Assembly (NCBI GenBank): GCA_951406725.2
Contig: OX597831.1
Coordinates: 64,666,001 to 64,730,000, forward strand
Source: Octopus vulgaris
Lineage: Eukaryota
Direction of reading: 5' to 3'
Length of the DNA stretch: 64,000 nucleotides
Shown piece after piece: positions 1 through 14,300 of the stretch; the stretch's first letter is position 1, and every line of letters begins with the position of its first letter. A program made the translations under genes and the position numbers. The notes beneath the pieces were generated by a model. That model saw only the letters and a program-made list of their open reading frames with translations, was not told the origin of the DNA and ran no database searches.

Positions 1-577
1 CTCAAAGTTTCCCACCAAGGGTGTTTCGTTTTGCGGGTCTTTTTACCAACATTTTTCCTTCCATTTATTTTTTCCATTTTATGGAAGTCAATATTTTCTC
101 TGCTGACATCCACCTCAGCAAGGTGAAAACACATCAATCACTGTTCCCTCTTGACAGGACAAAGAAATTTTCCGCTGTCTTTGCAAGCAACAAGCAGGTG
201 AATTTGGTTTCAAATCCAGGCAGGGCCAAACAAGGTCCTACAAGTTACTTATAATAAGTGGCGTTATATTGGGGTTGAAAGAATGGCGCGTACAATATAA
301 AATATGCTAAGACAATCTGTAAACAATACAAAACTTTTAAACGTTTACCAGTTTTTATGAAATTTTTGGGTTAACGAATTCGAGTTAACGGAAGCTAAAT
401 GTAGCATAAGTTAATTAGTTCAATAATGATTTTCAAAGTTAACTTAAAAGTTAATTCGTTAATGAAAATGTTAACTTCATTAATTAATGGCTAACAGAAT
501 TACGCCCAGCTCTCTCTCTCTCTTTCTCATATATATATATATATATAATGGTAGATAGTAAGAAAAATATTGTTCAC

Positions 578-641
578 CATCATATACTGTAGCAAAGTCT
601 TCAATTCCTCTTTTAACTACACGTGGTCTCATTTGTTCACC
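578..641 (-). CDS. SEC23IP: SEC23IP exon ([21 protein letters not shown])
   Basis: tctctttAG acceptor, G|GTGAAC donor; matches the recalled human [14 protein letters not shown] motif. Confidence 0.9.
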
Positions 642-3600
642 CTAAAGAGATAAAGGAAAAAATGACAGCTTTGATAAAGTTATACAAGACTGTTTCCTAA
701 ATTCTATTAAAGTGTGTGTGAATGTTTTATGTATATAAAAATGTAAATGTAAATATATGTATGCATAAATGTGTGTGTGTGTATAAATCTATATGTGCAT
801 CTGTATTCTTAAATAACTGCTTTGCTTTGTTCCTTTTCCTTTAACACAAGAGTACACTAAGTTGATTATGTAAATAAGGTGAATTCTTATGGATTAAGCC
901 TGTTGTTTACAGATCAATTTCATTCAGCCAATAACTTCGGATATATCTATCTTTCTAGACTAGCACTGAAGTATTTTGGTCTCTAGCCAAGAATCCCAGT
1001 AGCCACAAGTACAAACGGCAAGTCAAAACTTGATATAAATCCATAAACTCTTGGACAGCTTATTATTTGCCCATAGACATTCTCCATGTCATTTAGTTTA
1101 TATCCGCTAGAGAACTAAATTTCATTGCAGGGAATACTTTTTCCCCTCCTACACAGGAATCTCCTAATTTGTTTTAGCATTGAGGCAGCTGTAACCCATT
1201 AATACTCATCACATAAAAGCCTCCCAAACTAAGTCTACCTTTGTATTACATACAGTGTTTATGCTTTGTTAATATATTTGGACAGCTTATTATTAATTTG
1301 GGTCACATCTTCAACATCCCCTCAGTAACAAATAGCTTCCAAATTTCTAAGACAGGATTCAAAACCGAATCTACATTTTCCTACAAGTTCTCTTCCTATA
1401 GTTCTTGCCAGTAACACTAGGAAATTCATGAGAGTTAACTGTGATCTACAACCTTTTCATGTCATACATGGGTCAAAGCTGGTACAGAGGAAAAAATATT
1501 TCATTTAGCCCGACCTAATTTGGTTAGAATGGAAATAAATAATCAACCTCAAGTCAGTTTTCTCTCTTTAGTCACCCAGCCCCAGGTCAAAGAGCATCAC
1601 TGCTTCTCCTCATATGGCTCTCTTGTTCTTACTCTCTTTAGCAGTCCTCCACAGATGAAGCTTACGTATGGAACGGGCTATATAACTAACGATAATTTGT
1701 GCACTACAACAACTCAAAGTAGTTGTAACTTCATCATCATCATTGTTCGACCGTGGTCGAGACAATGGAATTTACTATGCTACGCCAGACTTCACGGTCC
1801 ATCATAGAATTACGGAGGTGCTGTTGATGGATGCCTGTATCCCTGGAGATTACATCAGGGTAGGAGAGTGTGCGCCCTCTGGTATCGCGAGTAGATGGCT
1901 TCCAGAGGAGAAGAGTAGAAATTGCCTCGTTTTCAGCTCTAGAACAATGTCCAGCAAACTGGACTCTCCTACCTTTCACAAGAGATGACACAGGTGGTAG
2001 TTTTCCATATATTTGCATTTTGGTTGTAACTTACTTCGCAACAATGATGACACAAAATAAAGGACCATCTCAACTAACAATTACTATTATTCTTCTCTCG
2101 TTTATTCAATGCATATTATCATTACAACGATCGTTATAACTCTACAAAGTTGTCGTTGTTGAATTTTAAGCATCTCTGTTGTAAGATTGTGTGTGAATGT
2201 GTTTTTACGTGAATGTGTGAATGTACTTTAAAAGTCTTAGATGTTTAAAGAAAATATACTTTAACAAAAACAGAGAAAATCAAAAGAATAGTAATCTAAA
2301 TTATTTATTGTTGGAATGATGGCTGCCTTGGAGAGTTGGAATAAAGATAACTTTCACCAACCATTATCTGAATTATCTCTATTACAGTTATCAAAGACAG
2401 ATGATATAGTGCAGCAGTAAGTTCTCAGCAACTTAAGATAAAAATCTGCTCTAAATCACAGATCTCTTCACTAATGAACCTTTACGAAATATATAGAAAC
2501 CACAATTTTGTCTATTTTTCTCTTCTTTAAACATCTTGGTCTCCTACCAACGCTACATGTATGACAGTGGGTTTACTGCAGACAGTAGCAAAGAAGCGAA
2601 GAATATCTGTACATTTGTAAATTTAGATAAATTTGTTTGCGGCAGGAAGGTAAAAATCTAGATATTTCAAGCAAAGCCCTTTGTCTGAATAAGAAATTGT
2701 TTAAAGCTTAGAGTAGCACTAAGAATATTTAAGAAAAGGAGGTCAGGAGTCATTCCCAGAGTGACAAAATGAAGAGTTTGAGGAAGGATAGTGATAGATT
2801 AAAACAAATCTCAATGCAGACTAGAGAGGGGAGATACATGATGAATGGTATAATGTAGATATATAAGCAAGTATACACACATACTACCAAGAACACAAAT
2901 GGAATCAACACAAATGGAAAAGTAAAAACTATTATTGATAGAAAAGAAGTTAAAATGCATACATATAGTTGAGAGAGAATATGTGACAGTAAGTGAATGA
3001 TAGAAATTTTTTAAAGCTTTTCAGGAACACTGAAAAAAAAAATTGCATTTGAAGAACATCTCTAGGGAGAAAAAAAAAAGGATAATGGGGCAAAAAAGTG
3101 TTACTAGATTAATAGAGTGTAAAGCAAGATATATTTTGAATTTAGGAGAAAGTGGGGTAATGTGTAAGATGTGAGGATTAGAAATGCATCATTACGCACA
3201 TGCAGGAATCAATATGAATACTCATGAAGGTAAGAAGATGAGAGGAAGAGGAAGGGTTACATGAAAAAAGAAACCATGCCAAGTGTAAAGGTAAGTTGTT
3301 TCTTTTTATGTTTATGGAAAGGTGAGGATCCATGATATGCAGAAATTCCAGACTCTGAGAGAGATGATCAATGCAGTGGTGGGTTGGATTGAAATGATGG
3401 TGTCATGAATTTGCTTAGATGAATATGAAGAAGATGGTTGTGGATACAGTCCCCTAAATATTGCCCATTTCTTTCTCTATATAATGCCTATGCCACCTAG
3501 TTTGGTATCTTGCTTGTTCATCACCAATTTATATCACGGGATCATGATTGTCTCTCAAATGATGAGGGTTTGTAAGATAATTGTTAAAGACACGTTGAAA

Positions 3601-6600
3601 TCAACTAAACAATCATTTCCTTGCCACAGAATTATTATTATTATTATTATTATTATTGAGTGAAAGAGCAGTGCATGCCATTAAAGTGACACTGGGGTAC
3701 AAATATACAAAACCCAATACACCCATCATGACTACCAGTCTGATTAGCATGTACACAAGGCAGATGCATCACAACCATGTGTTTGACATGGTAATTTCAT
3801 ATCGAAATAAACAGCGCATAACTTTGCAGGTGGGGCCCAGTTAGAATTTTCTTCAGGTTGAGTAGCCTATCTTACTCAAATGGGCCCTGAATAAGGTTTG
3901 TTTAAGGATGTTGAACAAAACATCCATGTTTCCAGAAGTGAATTAATCAAACCCAAAAGAATTCCTCTCAAAACATGGCTACGATGCTCCCCAACTACTT
4001 CTGCTTGTGATCAGAAATGCACATATCAACCAGTAAGCGATATACTCAACTGGTTAAGGTCAAGCAACTGACAAGCAAATCTGTGGTATTGAGCAGAATA
4101 TTTGCTGTAGCCCATCTTTTACACCAAGACAAAACAATGTACATGATAACACTTCCAATCAGTTAAGATCAGAAGCCATGAGTGCCACTGCTTGGTACTG
4201 CATCAGAGCATTTATTATTATAATTATTATTATTCATCACGGGAGTTTTAGAGGGTTTTTGGTGGGCCATGAAATCATAACCTCCTGCTGAGATCTGAGA
4301 TCTGAATGCTCATAAACACACATCGCCCAGTCTGAGATTCAAACCCGCGATCCCTTGACTGTGAGTCCGCTGCTCTAACCACTAGGCCATGTGCCTCCAC
4401 ACAGGAAAGCTTTGACCAAAGTGACATACAATTAGTTGAAACACCACAGTCTCAAAATCCCTTCATAATCTGCTAAAAATGTTGTATTAAATGAAAGGCA
4501 TAATGTGCCTACATTTAAGGGTAAAAAAAAAAGGGGGAGGAGAAAGCCCTTCTACATATTAACATGACCCACAAGATAATGCAGAAACACACTAACATTA
4601 CCCATTAGATAATGCAGCAACGGACATGTGAAAATTCAAGGCCAAACAACAATATACCAACAGTGTCAAAAGTACCCTGGAGCACAAAAGTAAGAATTTA
4701 GCTTGATTTTATTTCAAAAGCACAGAAATAAGTGAACCTTGCAAAAGACAAAAAAAAGGCTCTGAATAATGCCTGCCCTTCATCACTGAACTGATATTGA
4801 CCTCACTAAAAATTCCTACAATGCTCCATGAGCAGTATTTATGACCCCACTGACTAAAGAAAAGCCAACATGAATAAAATAAAACCACTTGATCATTCTT
4901 ATAAATCCATAAGGTCCAATGACCCAAACACATGAATGGATAATTATGGAATAATTAAAAGCAAAATAAGTCAATGTTTGACTGCTGTTCTGAGTGTACC
5001 CCATAAATTATAATCTCTTTGGCATCAGCAAATAATTTGTTAGCTGGTTGTTGTAAACAAGAGTCCATGCTGTTGCCTGATACGTTGGTTTGACAGGAAA
5101 GCTTTTTTTGTTGCTTGTTCCTTCTCAAGCCATGCCTGGCTCATAAGGGCCGGTTTCCCGGTTTCTTGGCGTATAGGTTCCCCACCTGGACAGGACGCCG
5201 GTCTGTCACAGGTGAGCTGCAAGATGCAGGAGGAAAAGAGTGAGAGAAAGTTGTGGCGAAAGAATCAGCAGAAGTTTCACCATTACCTTCTGCCAGAGCC
5301 GCATGGAGCTTCGGTGTTTCGCTCATAAACACACACATCTCCCAGTCTGCGATTTGAACCCACGATCCCTCGACCGTGAGTTCGATGCTCTAAGCACTAG
5401 GCCATGTGCCTCCACACAGGAAAGCTTTGACCAAAGTGACATACAATGAGTTGAAACACTACAGTCTCAAAATCCCTTCATACCTGATGACTTGCATGTG
5501 TCACCGAACACACATTATCTAAAAGGGAGATGTTCTTCATCAACAAAAAACAAAGGTGGTGAGATAGTCATGATCAAATCTACCAGTACACACTAAGAAT
5601 GAATAGATACATTATAAATTCAGATCTTTTCGGTTTGAACAGCAGTTTTTAACATAATTTCTACGTAACTAAAAAATTTTAAACTTCGTATACTGGTAGA
5701 ATGTGTTTATAAAACATCTTTTTCTCTTGGTTTTATAGAGAAAATTCTATAGTTTGTAAGATATTTGGTTTTTAATTTCTTGCATTTCGGCAATTTCAAC
5801 CAATCAATGACATCTATTGAGGTGAAAACATTCTGTGCCATATGAATATGTCCCTTGTTTAAGAAACAGATTGGGTTTATTTACATTCTGAAGAAAAAAA
5901 AAAGATACTCTTCCCCACACCTCTAACCCTAACCCTAAAACAGATTGAAATGCAATAGATTGATACTAGGGTCATAATTATGGGTGACAATTTCAGATGA
6001 CACCGCCAGAAAAAACTGCCGTTCAAACTGAAAAGATCCATAAATTCCAATAGATAATTGTAAATGCTAAAAAGTAGACTATAGTTGTAGAAGATGGAAG
6101 TGGAATAATGGTAAGTTAAGAATTTGCTATTGTTGTTAGTATAGTAAAATATTCATAACCAATAATAAAGGGAGGACAACTGAAAATGTTAAAAAAAATC
6201 ATTTATTTGTTAGGTCATAATAGTTTAGGGGCATACATTGCCAATTGTGACCCTTCGAGTTTAGTTTAGCAACTGTAGATATTTACAAAAGACATACAGA
6301 CACTCAAACACTTGCACAAAACATGAAGATTGATACCAGAACGGACATGAAAGCATAACTGGTACGAAACAAATTTAACAAAAAAAAATGTGCTTCTATG
6401 TCTGCTAGTCAGGTAAAAATAGACAGTATTTAGAGAGCTTCATTTTATACATTAAGATAATTTTTCTATGAATGCCAAAATTTTGAGAGTTAAATATTTG
6501 GTTCTGGAAAATATTACTTTTAAAATTTCGTCTTTGTCAAAAGTAAACAATATCAAAAGAAAAAAAATATATTCTTGGCCAAAACATAATTAAAATGTTT

Positions 6601-8331
6601 GAATGACTACAAAATATTCTGATCAATTATTTGGAAAATTGAAGCATTAATTAACGATAATAATTATACATGCTTGTCTTTCTAAATACCCTCTTATAAT
6701 GGTGCTTTGATGTTGAAGGAAAATCATATGTTCTTGGAACGTTTAGAAGTATTTTGACTATTAACCCTTTCATTACTGTATGTTTTTTGACATGCTCTGT
6801 GTTTCTTTCAATTATTTTAAATATAACAAAGAATTTAGTAAAATAACTTAGTTATCATTAAGCTAGTATTATGAACATAAATTGTGTCTAAGGTTTGGTG
6901 GAAGATTTTAGTTCAAAACTTATGAAAATTAGACATTTATACTTAGAGCCAGAACCGGTTTCAGCCGGGTTGGTAACAAAAGGGTTTAAGAATAAATACT
7001 AAATAAAGTATGAAGGAACATTTAAAATGAAACAGAAGAACACATGGTTTATATTATATTATAGCTAAATTATATTTTCTGCTGAACTTTATACACAAGA
7101 TATGAAGGGTTTGGAAAAATTCTTGCTTTAAAGATATTTGCATTGGCTAATGTAAGCTAAATTACCCAGTTATTGATGTTTGTGAGTGATCAATTAGAAT
7201 TATGATTAAGTTCACATAATGCAAACAATATCAATTGCATCATATTACCTATGAACAGAGAAAGCTTTTTAGGGTTTTTTTATATACAGTTAATTGTTTT
7301 ATGCACTATTTCTGTGCATAAACTGTGATGTAGCCTGGAGTACAATAGTTAGATAATAAAACAAGTTTAATAGGGTTAATTTTGTTTGCTAAATTGTAGA
7401 CAGTAACTTTGTAAGAAAGGTTAGAGAGAGGTAATAAGAAAGACTCTTAGGTAAATATATAATAAAAGATTAATCTTATATTTGAGGAAAACATCAACAT
7501 AAAATGGACTGATGAGTTTCAGATGGAGATGACTCAGCTTATACAGAGATGAACATAATATTGTAATCATAAGAAGCCATCAGTAAAATGACGAATGAGG
7601 ATGCGGAAAACTATCATCCGGGAAAGAGTAGCATCATTCTTTGTGAAGCATCGATAGTTCATGTCTAAATATTGGTCAAGACAATTACACCTAACTGCCT
7701 TACAATCATAGATTAGGAAAGGAAATTATGAATTTGCATTATGTTTCTCATTGTTTACAAGAAACAGGTCTTGTGTTGGTTACTCTCATTTTATTAGTAA
7801 TTACTGTCTCTTACAGTGAGTGTAATGATAGCTTCCTCTCAGTATAAGCCAGTTTAAAAATTTTTACCACCAATTAAATTTCACACTGCACAGAGACACA
7901 AAGATATAAGTTATATACATTTTTACAGTGATTTTTGTCTTACTTGTCATTCCAAAGAAGGCCTAAAGCTACTGAAACCACATCTAGACTAACAGGATAG
8001 GAATAATGCGTCAGGTTAGTCACATTATCTCAGTTGAAGAAATGCATACCAACTCAAAATTCCAAGAACATATTTTATTCTTAATTCTATTAAATGAAAA
8101 AAACCTAACTGAAGGGATTGTTTTTTTTCTTTTAAAGTTGACACCATGCTAAACTAAAGGGTGATTAAAATTCAAAAGGAAAACATATAAAGTTCCAAAC
8201 AGTATTCACACAATTGAACAAACAGATGAAATGCACTCACCGGAAGGGAGTAGACACTCTTGAAAGAAACAAAATTAACATTATATTAGACTTATATATT
8301 CTCATAAAATAAAAGTAATAAAATCACAGTT

Positions 8332-8367
<36 letters not shown>

Positions 8368-11300
8368 TTATTCCTGGTCAAAAGTCTGAATACAATGATA
8401 CAAATAATGTTTATATTATAACTTATGATGCAGATAGAATGGATTTTCTAATAAGCAGATAAGATGACAAAGATTTGTGAAAGTGGAAATGTCAAAGTTA
8501 TACTGCTCTATACATGGTGTGATACCGGCTTTGCTGCTAATAAAGCACCAATGCAATCAGGCATGCTTTCAACAAAATTTTTGTAGCAAACTGGTGTTGT
8601 CTCCTGTGTCCAAACCTGCAGTAGCTTTTCTTTTATATCCAAAATTTATTTAGCTACAATTTTCTTTCTATAGGATATCATGCATTTTCTATGGGGGTTG
8701 CTATCAGCAAATGATCCAAATAGATTAATATTATTAGCGCTAAGCCAGTCTTTCATACACTTTGCAGAATAATAGAGTACCCTCACACTGAAATATAGTG
8801 CTATTATGGACAATCCTATGAGTTGGAAACTTTTTCAAAATATCAAGTACATTTTAGAATTTATAATTGTACCAAAGACATTTCCAGATACAAAATTTTT
8901 CTTTTGCAGAAAAAACACCCCTGCCAATATCAGAATGGAAAGACACTACTAGACTCTTGTAAGTATATATTTGGGAATGTACCTCAAGTTTGATAGACAG
9001 CAAATAAAACCACTACTAGAAGCAAATTGCTTAATGGGCATTTTGTCATTGAATACGACTAAGTTAACCCTCTTTAAAGCAATTTTTATGATTCTTACAA
9101 AATGGTAAGCAATCCTGCATGTTGTTTTGTGAGAAGTCTTGCAACAAGATTGAAGTCTTTCTAAAATTGATATCTTGTTGTTTCAGTGATGTAGTTTATT
9201 GTTGTTGAAAATCGTGTTTGTCTGTCACTGCCAGATGAAAAAAGGAGATGCAATGCAAAGATGATGACTCATGTCATAAGGTTTGCATGATCTACCAGGT
9301 GGTTTATATCCACTTGTCTGACGAAGTTGAAACAAGGCTATCTTGACAGCAGCAGCAGATACATCTAGTTGTGTTGATACCTTCCTGAACACGAGTCCAC
9401 TGCCACAAAAAACAAGAATTTCAACAATTTTTCAGATGACAATTCCATAAATTCATAAAAAATTGATATATATTGCAGTGCCAGAAAGGTTGGAGATATA
9501 TATATATTGGGTTGTGACCCCCTTCGGTCATGACTGACCGTGGGCTTGCACCTAGAAAGTTACCCTCCCAGGCACAAGTCTGGGCAAGGTTGTTTATGAA
9601 AGACCAGCAGTTGCCCATGCATACCGGCCTCCCCTCTCCACGCCACCAGTGTTATCCAAGGGAAAGGCAAAGGGGTCGATACAGCTTGGCACCTGTGATG
9701 TCGCAACTCATTTCTACAGCTGAGTGAACTGGAGCAACGTGAAATAAAGTGTCTTGCTCACAAACACAACATGCAGCTCACAACCTCACGATCGTAAGTT
9801 CGATGCTCTAACCACTGAGTCATGCACCTTCACATATATATATATACATACATACATACATACATGATGGCTGCCCCCTTGTTATCGAGTATGGCCATTG
9901 CACGAGGCTTAACTGTTATTAGTGCTGTGATCAATTGTGAATTTTATTTGCTTTTTTAGGCTACAGCCAGCCATTCAGTTGAGACTCACAGCACCATCAA
10001 CAATCATGAACAATGTTGTTATCGTGCAATGCCTGTGTAAGAAGATTTTTTTAAAGTGAGGAAAGGCTGTGCACTGAGTCTATTCCACTCACTAAGCATG
10101 CATGCATACATACATACATACATACATACTCGCCCACACATAACAGTCGTCAAGTATGATCCAGGGATCCAAAGTTAGTTAACTTCAAGCAATAGGCACC
10201 TAGTATAGATAACAAAAACTGGACAGTATATGATAACATTTACTAGTATTGTGGGTTACACTTTCCCATATCAAAGTTTAGAGAAATTGATAAGTTGATT
10301 GTTTCTATACAATTCATGGTTTAGTGGCTAACGCTGCTAACAATGTGAATAAAAACCCCAAAATATAAGGAGTGATAAGAGTAAAATATTGGCTACAATT
10401 TTTCATAACTCACCAACATTTCATTATGTAGGTCATTACAAAATGAACACTCCTCAGTATATCTAGTCTTGAGGCTGAGTCACCTCAATGAAGTTTACAC
10501 TGATGCAGGAAGTAAACTTCATTGAAGTGTATTGGCCTGAAAACTAGCTATGGTGAGGAGCGTTCATTGCATAATGACTTACAAAACTGAACATCAGTGA
10601 GTTAAGAAACAACTGTAGCCAATATTCTACCCCTACTGTTCCTTAGATTTTTTGGATAAAATATGAACTTGTCTATATAATATATATATAAAAACAGTTA
10701 CTTGCAAATATGGAACAGAGAATTAGTTTTTTTATCTTCATCAAAAACATATTTAGAAAAATACCAAATTGCATTCAGACTTTTGATAAGGATTTTATAT
10801 ATATATATATATATGGGAATTTTAGGCTAGAATAATAACTATCTTTTCTGAAATAATATGTCTTAAGGAAATATTCAGCAATTACCAAATGTTACAAATT
10901 ATTTTTCATACTTAATCATTTTAAGTGAACAGAGTGAGTTAAATGTTGTATAGTTAAAAAGAAATTAATTTTGGTCTAATATAAATAGCTTGATTTTACA
11001 ATCTTAAGGCAATAACAAAACTAAAATAAGAAAACAAAATAATATATAAATTAGGTTCGTATTTACTATTAAATACTGATATTTATGAAATCAATGTTTA
11101 TTGAATATAAAAGATTTTTACATGAAATGGGAGCAAAAATAAAGTTTGTAATAGCAGCCAACATAAATAGGTAAAGTTTAAGGGAAAGTATTATGTGCTA
11201 TTTTAATGAAAGTTGGATATATAACCAGTTAAAGCATGCCTGGAGGTGTGAATGTATCTTAGGTGAAGCAGTAAAAAGGAGAAAAATTAATATGAAACTC

Positions 11301-14300
11301 CAGACTATAAATAGAAATACACATAAGAACTTGTGGTGTAAAATATTCAGAGTGATTACCATCTCATCTGTAGTTCTATAAGATATATCGATAGAGTTTG
11401 AAAGGTAAAGGATAAAAATTTAATTTACTACAACTTGATTGAAAGGACCTTGAAGGTAAAAGCTATAAGATTAGAAAGACTTTTAGGAAATATAATAATG
11501 GGTAGTAAAATCACTGACAAGCAAAGTTTATAGAATGTAGTAAAAGTAAATATAGATTTTATGTTATTGTTCATTTAGTAAGGTGCAATGTAACTAAACA
11601 GCAGTAAAAGCTACTTTTAAATAACATTTCAGTTTTATATGAAAATGTCTTAATACTCTATTAATTAAAGACTTTAGAAAATGGTAATTTAAACCTAACA
11701 GAAATAATGTGTGAAAATACAAAAGCTCGTTATGAGTTGCAAGAAAAAAAAAAAACAACTTTAAAATAGTAACAGAGTATAAAGCATAGCTAGCTGCAAA
11801 GAGTTGCAAATTATTTAAATTTCAAATGGTATATATAATTTAAAGTGGAGGGGAAATATGTTAACCATGAACATGTTACAAAATTGACATGAATGATGAA
11901 GGATATATTTATAGAAAATGTTTAAGTTTGATGAACACTGATGTTTATAAAAAATCTACTTATGAATGTATAGGATAAGCAAAATAAAATGCCATGCAAA
12001 GAATATTAACAGTAAAATGAAATGAAACTAAATTCTCTCTGGTCAAAGAAAGAAAAGGATATAGAAACACAATCATTCTAATACATAGTCATGCAAAAGA
12101 AAGAAATTTGGGTATAAAACAGCAACAAATGTAAAAGAAAAGTTTGAGATTTCAGTACTAAAAAAAACAATAATTCAAGAAGAAAATATTTAACTCTTTT
12201 TGAAACACAATGTCTGTAAAACACTTTAGTATGACTCAACAGATATAAGACTTGGAATCACTTCTAGAGAAACTACCTTAAACATACAACTATCAATATT
12301 TGATGAATGACACAGACAGACAGCCACTAAATCTGAACAAAGGGCAATTTGCAAAGTCTAATTGTATCTCATCAGTTACAAATCTATCAGAGGTTGAAGT
12401 AAATTTATGAAACGATGGTAAAACTTTACTGAACTTTTCCCATATTAACAGTATTCTCTAGGCTGATTATTTCTTCAAGATTTTAAACAACCCCTAATCA
12501 ATACTCTAGATGTTTCCAATTGCAATAAAATGCCACTCTACTAATATTTTACAGTATTTAATAAATATTCAATTGGTACAAAATCAAGACATCTATCCAT
12601 AAATACAGGACATATTATTTTAGTTGTAGAACTGGAAATATCTTTCATCAATATTTAAACATTTGTAAAAATGTCAAATGAAACTATTTTGAACTGTCTC
12701 ACTTATGCCATTTTCATGATGATGATGGTAGCGAGTAAGAGTATCTTAACAACCAAAGAAGTACTTAATCTAATACATTCATTGCTTTTATAATTAAGGT
12801 TGCAATTTTCTCTGGTCCTATATAACTGAGGCATGTGATCAAATAGATGACTCGTTAATATTAGATAACTAATAGTTCTAAAGAAACTGAAAGTCAGGTT
12901 CAGTTTAACTGGTCACAGTCTCTCAGTTTGGTTTGGAATTTTAGTAAAGCATTCCTTCACCAAAAAGATTAAAGAAGCTAAATATGCTTATATTTGTGGA
13001 ATTTACTAATTTATAAACTTTGTTGTGTTAAATCATATTTGTTTATTTAGGCACAAAGAAAACGAACAATATCACTGAAATAACACACAAAAATCCCCAC
13101 TCAAAACAAACTCTCTACAAAGTAAGAAGAATGCATGATCTAAATGATGAAATAACAATTATTTTCAATATAAGTGAAGCCACTATTAGAGTTTTATAGG
13201 AATTAAAAGTGTCAATTTGCAATTAATACCACAAGTATATTCAATCCAATTAGGAGAGGATTCATTCAGTATGGTTACGAATTTCATTTCCATAATAAGT
13301 CAATATAGGAAATACTTGAAGTTAGGTTGAGATGAACAAATCCTTACAACTAGAAACTAATTCAAAAACAGAGTTTCAGTGAAATAATTCTGATTTCTCT
13401 TTTGATTGTGGCCATGCTGAAGCACCACCTTTTAGTCAAATAAATTGACCTCAGGACTTATTCTTTGTAAGCCTAGTACTTATTCTATTGGTTTCTTTTG
13501 CTGAACTGCTAAGTTACAGGGATATAAACACACCAGGCGATGGTGGGGCGATGGTGGGGACACAATACACACACACACACATATATATATGATGGGCTTC
13601 TTTCAGTTTCCATCTACCAAATCCACCAACAAGGGTTTGGTCAGTCCAAAGCTATAGTAGAAGACGCTTGCCCAAGGTGCTATACAGTGAGACTGAACCC
13701 GGAACCATGTGGTTGGTAAGCAAGCTTCTTACCACACAGCCACTCCTGTGCCTGATTGTCTAATTTTCTTTTAATTTAGCTACTTGTCTAAGATAATAAT
13801 AATTTCTAATTTAGACACAAAACCAGCAATTTTGAAGGAATTGAATCAATCCAAGTTCTTCATATGTACTTCAGTAACCCAAAAGGATGGCAGGCAAAAC
13901 TGACTTTGGCAGGATTTGAACTCAGAATACAAAGAACTAGAACAAATACTAAAAGATATTTAGTCCAATACTCTTACAACTGTACCATTGTCTAAGTTCT
14001 GGTAAAATATCCTTAAATATTTCATCTCATTACATATCAAAGTTAAATGGTTCTTATAAAAGATTCTTTCACATAATATTCACCAAGAATTCATTTAGAG
14101 AAATACCAAATCTATTGACACTCACTATATTAGGAATATAACTAGTATGAACATGATCTGAATAAGAAAAATACAAGTTAAAGCAAATACCTTAGTAGTA
14201 CCATTTATAAAAAAAGATTTAGCTATTTCACTACAGTAATTTTATTGCATTTCTGAATCCCTTCTATTAGACAACTAATTATAAATGAATAGCAGGTAAT

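Noticed and set aside
7944-7962. 19-nt AG..GTAAGA segment on the minus strand as a third microexon
   Set aside because: Not a multiple of 3 and weak pyrimidine tract.
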